Source of the DNA: Macrostomum lignano
Taxonomy: Eukaryota
NCBI GenBank assembly: GCA_002269645.1
Contig: NIVC01001876.1
Location: 120,818-184,817, forward strand
Length of the DNA stretch: 64,000 bases
Reading direction: 5' to 3'
The notes below the pieces were generated by a model that worked only from the letters and a program-made list of their open reading frames with translations, did not search any database and was not told the DNA's origin. Positions 63,638 through 64,000 of the stretch are shown here, piece by piece. A program made the translations under genes and the position numbers. How positions within the stretch are numbered: the stretch's first letter is position 1; each line of letters opens with the position of its first letter.

Positions 63638-64000
63638 GTGAGTATTATCTGCTGTAGAAGTATTGTACACCAGAGTACTTGTGTTACTGGTAGAGCACAA
63701 TTCAAAAGCAATGCAACAATCTCAGTGGCATTGTTGGGACACAAGCTACAAACGCAATGAATAGTAAACACAGCCCAGCCTAGCTCAAGGCTAGTAATTT
63801 GTTGGGCATTTATTGGGACATTGCAGCCAGGCCTATTTTTGAACAGCATTTGTTGGGTCGCACTTATTGGGACAATACTGATTCTAATCGCGACTACTTC
63901 TGAGTTCTGACTTTTCAAAACAGACCCAGCATTAGTTGAACACGTTCTATTAAAGGGTTCCTTTATAGCGTATTAATGATTACTAAAGCAAGCCTATTAA
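59027..64000 (+). repeat. Tandem array of a 635-bp unit, about 7.8 copies, running off the window
   Basis: Identical ORFs recur at exact 635-bp spacing (59609, 60244, 60879, 61514, 62149, 62784); units differ by a few SNPs; last two units carry single-base indels. Confidence 0.98.

Noticed and set aside
59119-63918. Repeated 119-aa minus-strand ORF (MKSQNSEVV...)
   Set aside because: Falls mostly in the predicted intron, has no recognisable motifs, and recurs only because the unit is repeated.
59027-64000. Tandem SL RNA, U snRNA or 5S gene array
   Set aside because: Only short chance matches (TTACCTGG, ATTTTTG); no leader ending in ATG followed by a GT donor, and no recognisable snRNA or 5S sequence.

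Overview
Eukaryotic (animal) genomic DNA with spliceosomal introns. The many intronic minisatellites, short introns and poly-Ala/Gln-rich proteins resemble a free-living flatworm such as Macrostomum, but this is inference only. I reconstructed six host genes by eye. On the + strand: TFIIE-beta (3 exons, one homopolymer frameshift), Rab3 (5 exons, one GC-AG intron), TRMT11 (3 exons), CABLES (11 exons) and an atypical, nearly intronless nicotinic-receptor-like Cys-loop subunit. On the - strand: a neuromedin-U/PRXamide-type class A GPCR (3 exons). Mobile DNA includes a full-length Merlin (IS1595/ISXO2-type) transposon with TIRs and an 8-bp TSD, three Tc1/mariner derivatives, a Mutator-type MITE with a 9-bp TSD, a solo LTR with a 6-bp TSD, a tRNA-derived SINE and several foldback elements. 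The last 5 kb is a tandem array of about 8 copies of a 635-bp unit, each rebuilding an in-frame chimeric exon of an unidentified gene. Most long ORFs in the supplied track are artefacts of simple repeats. No CRISPR array or rRNA gene was seen, and I could not support any genuine tRNA gene. The best leads are the exon-amplifying array, the atypical Cys-loop receptor flanked by direct repeats, and the CpG-poor, TAGGCCTA-rich first 8.6 kb. None is proven to be a new system.
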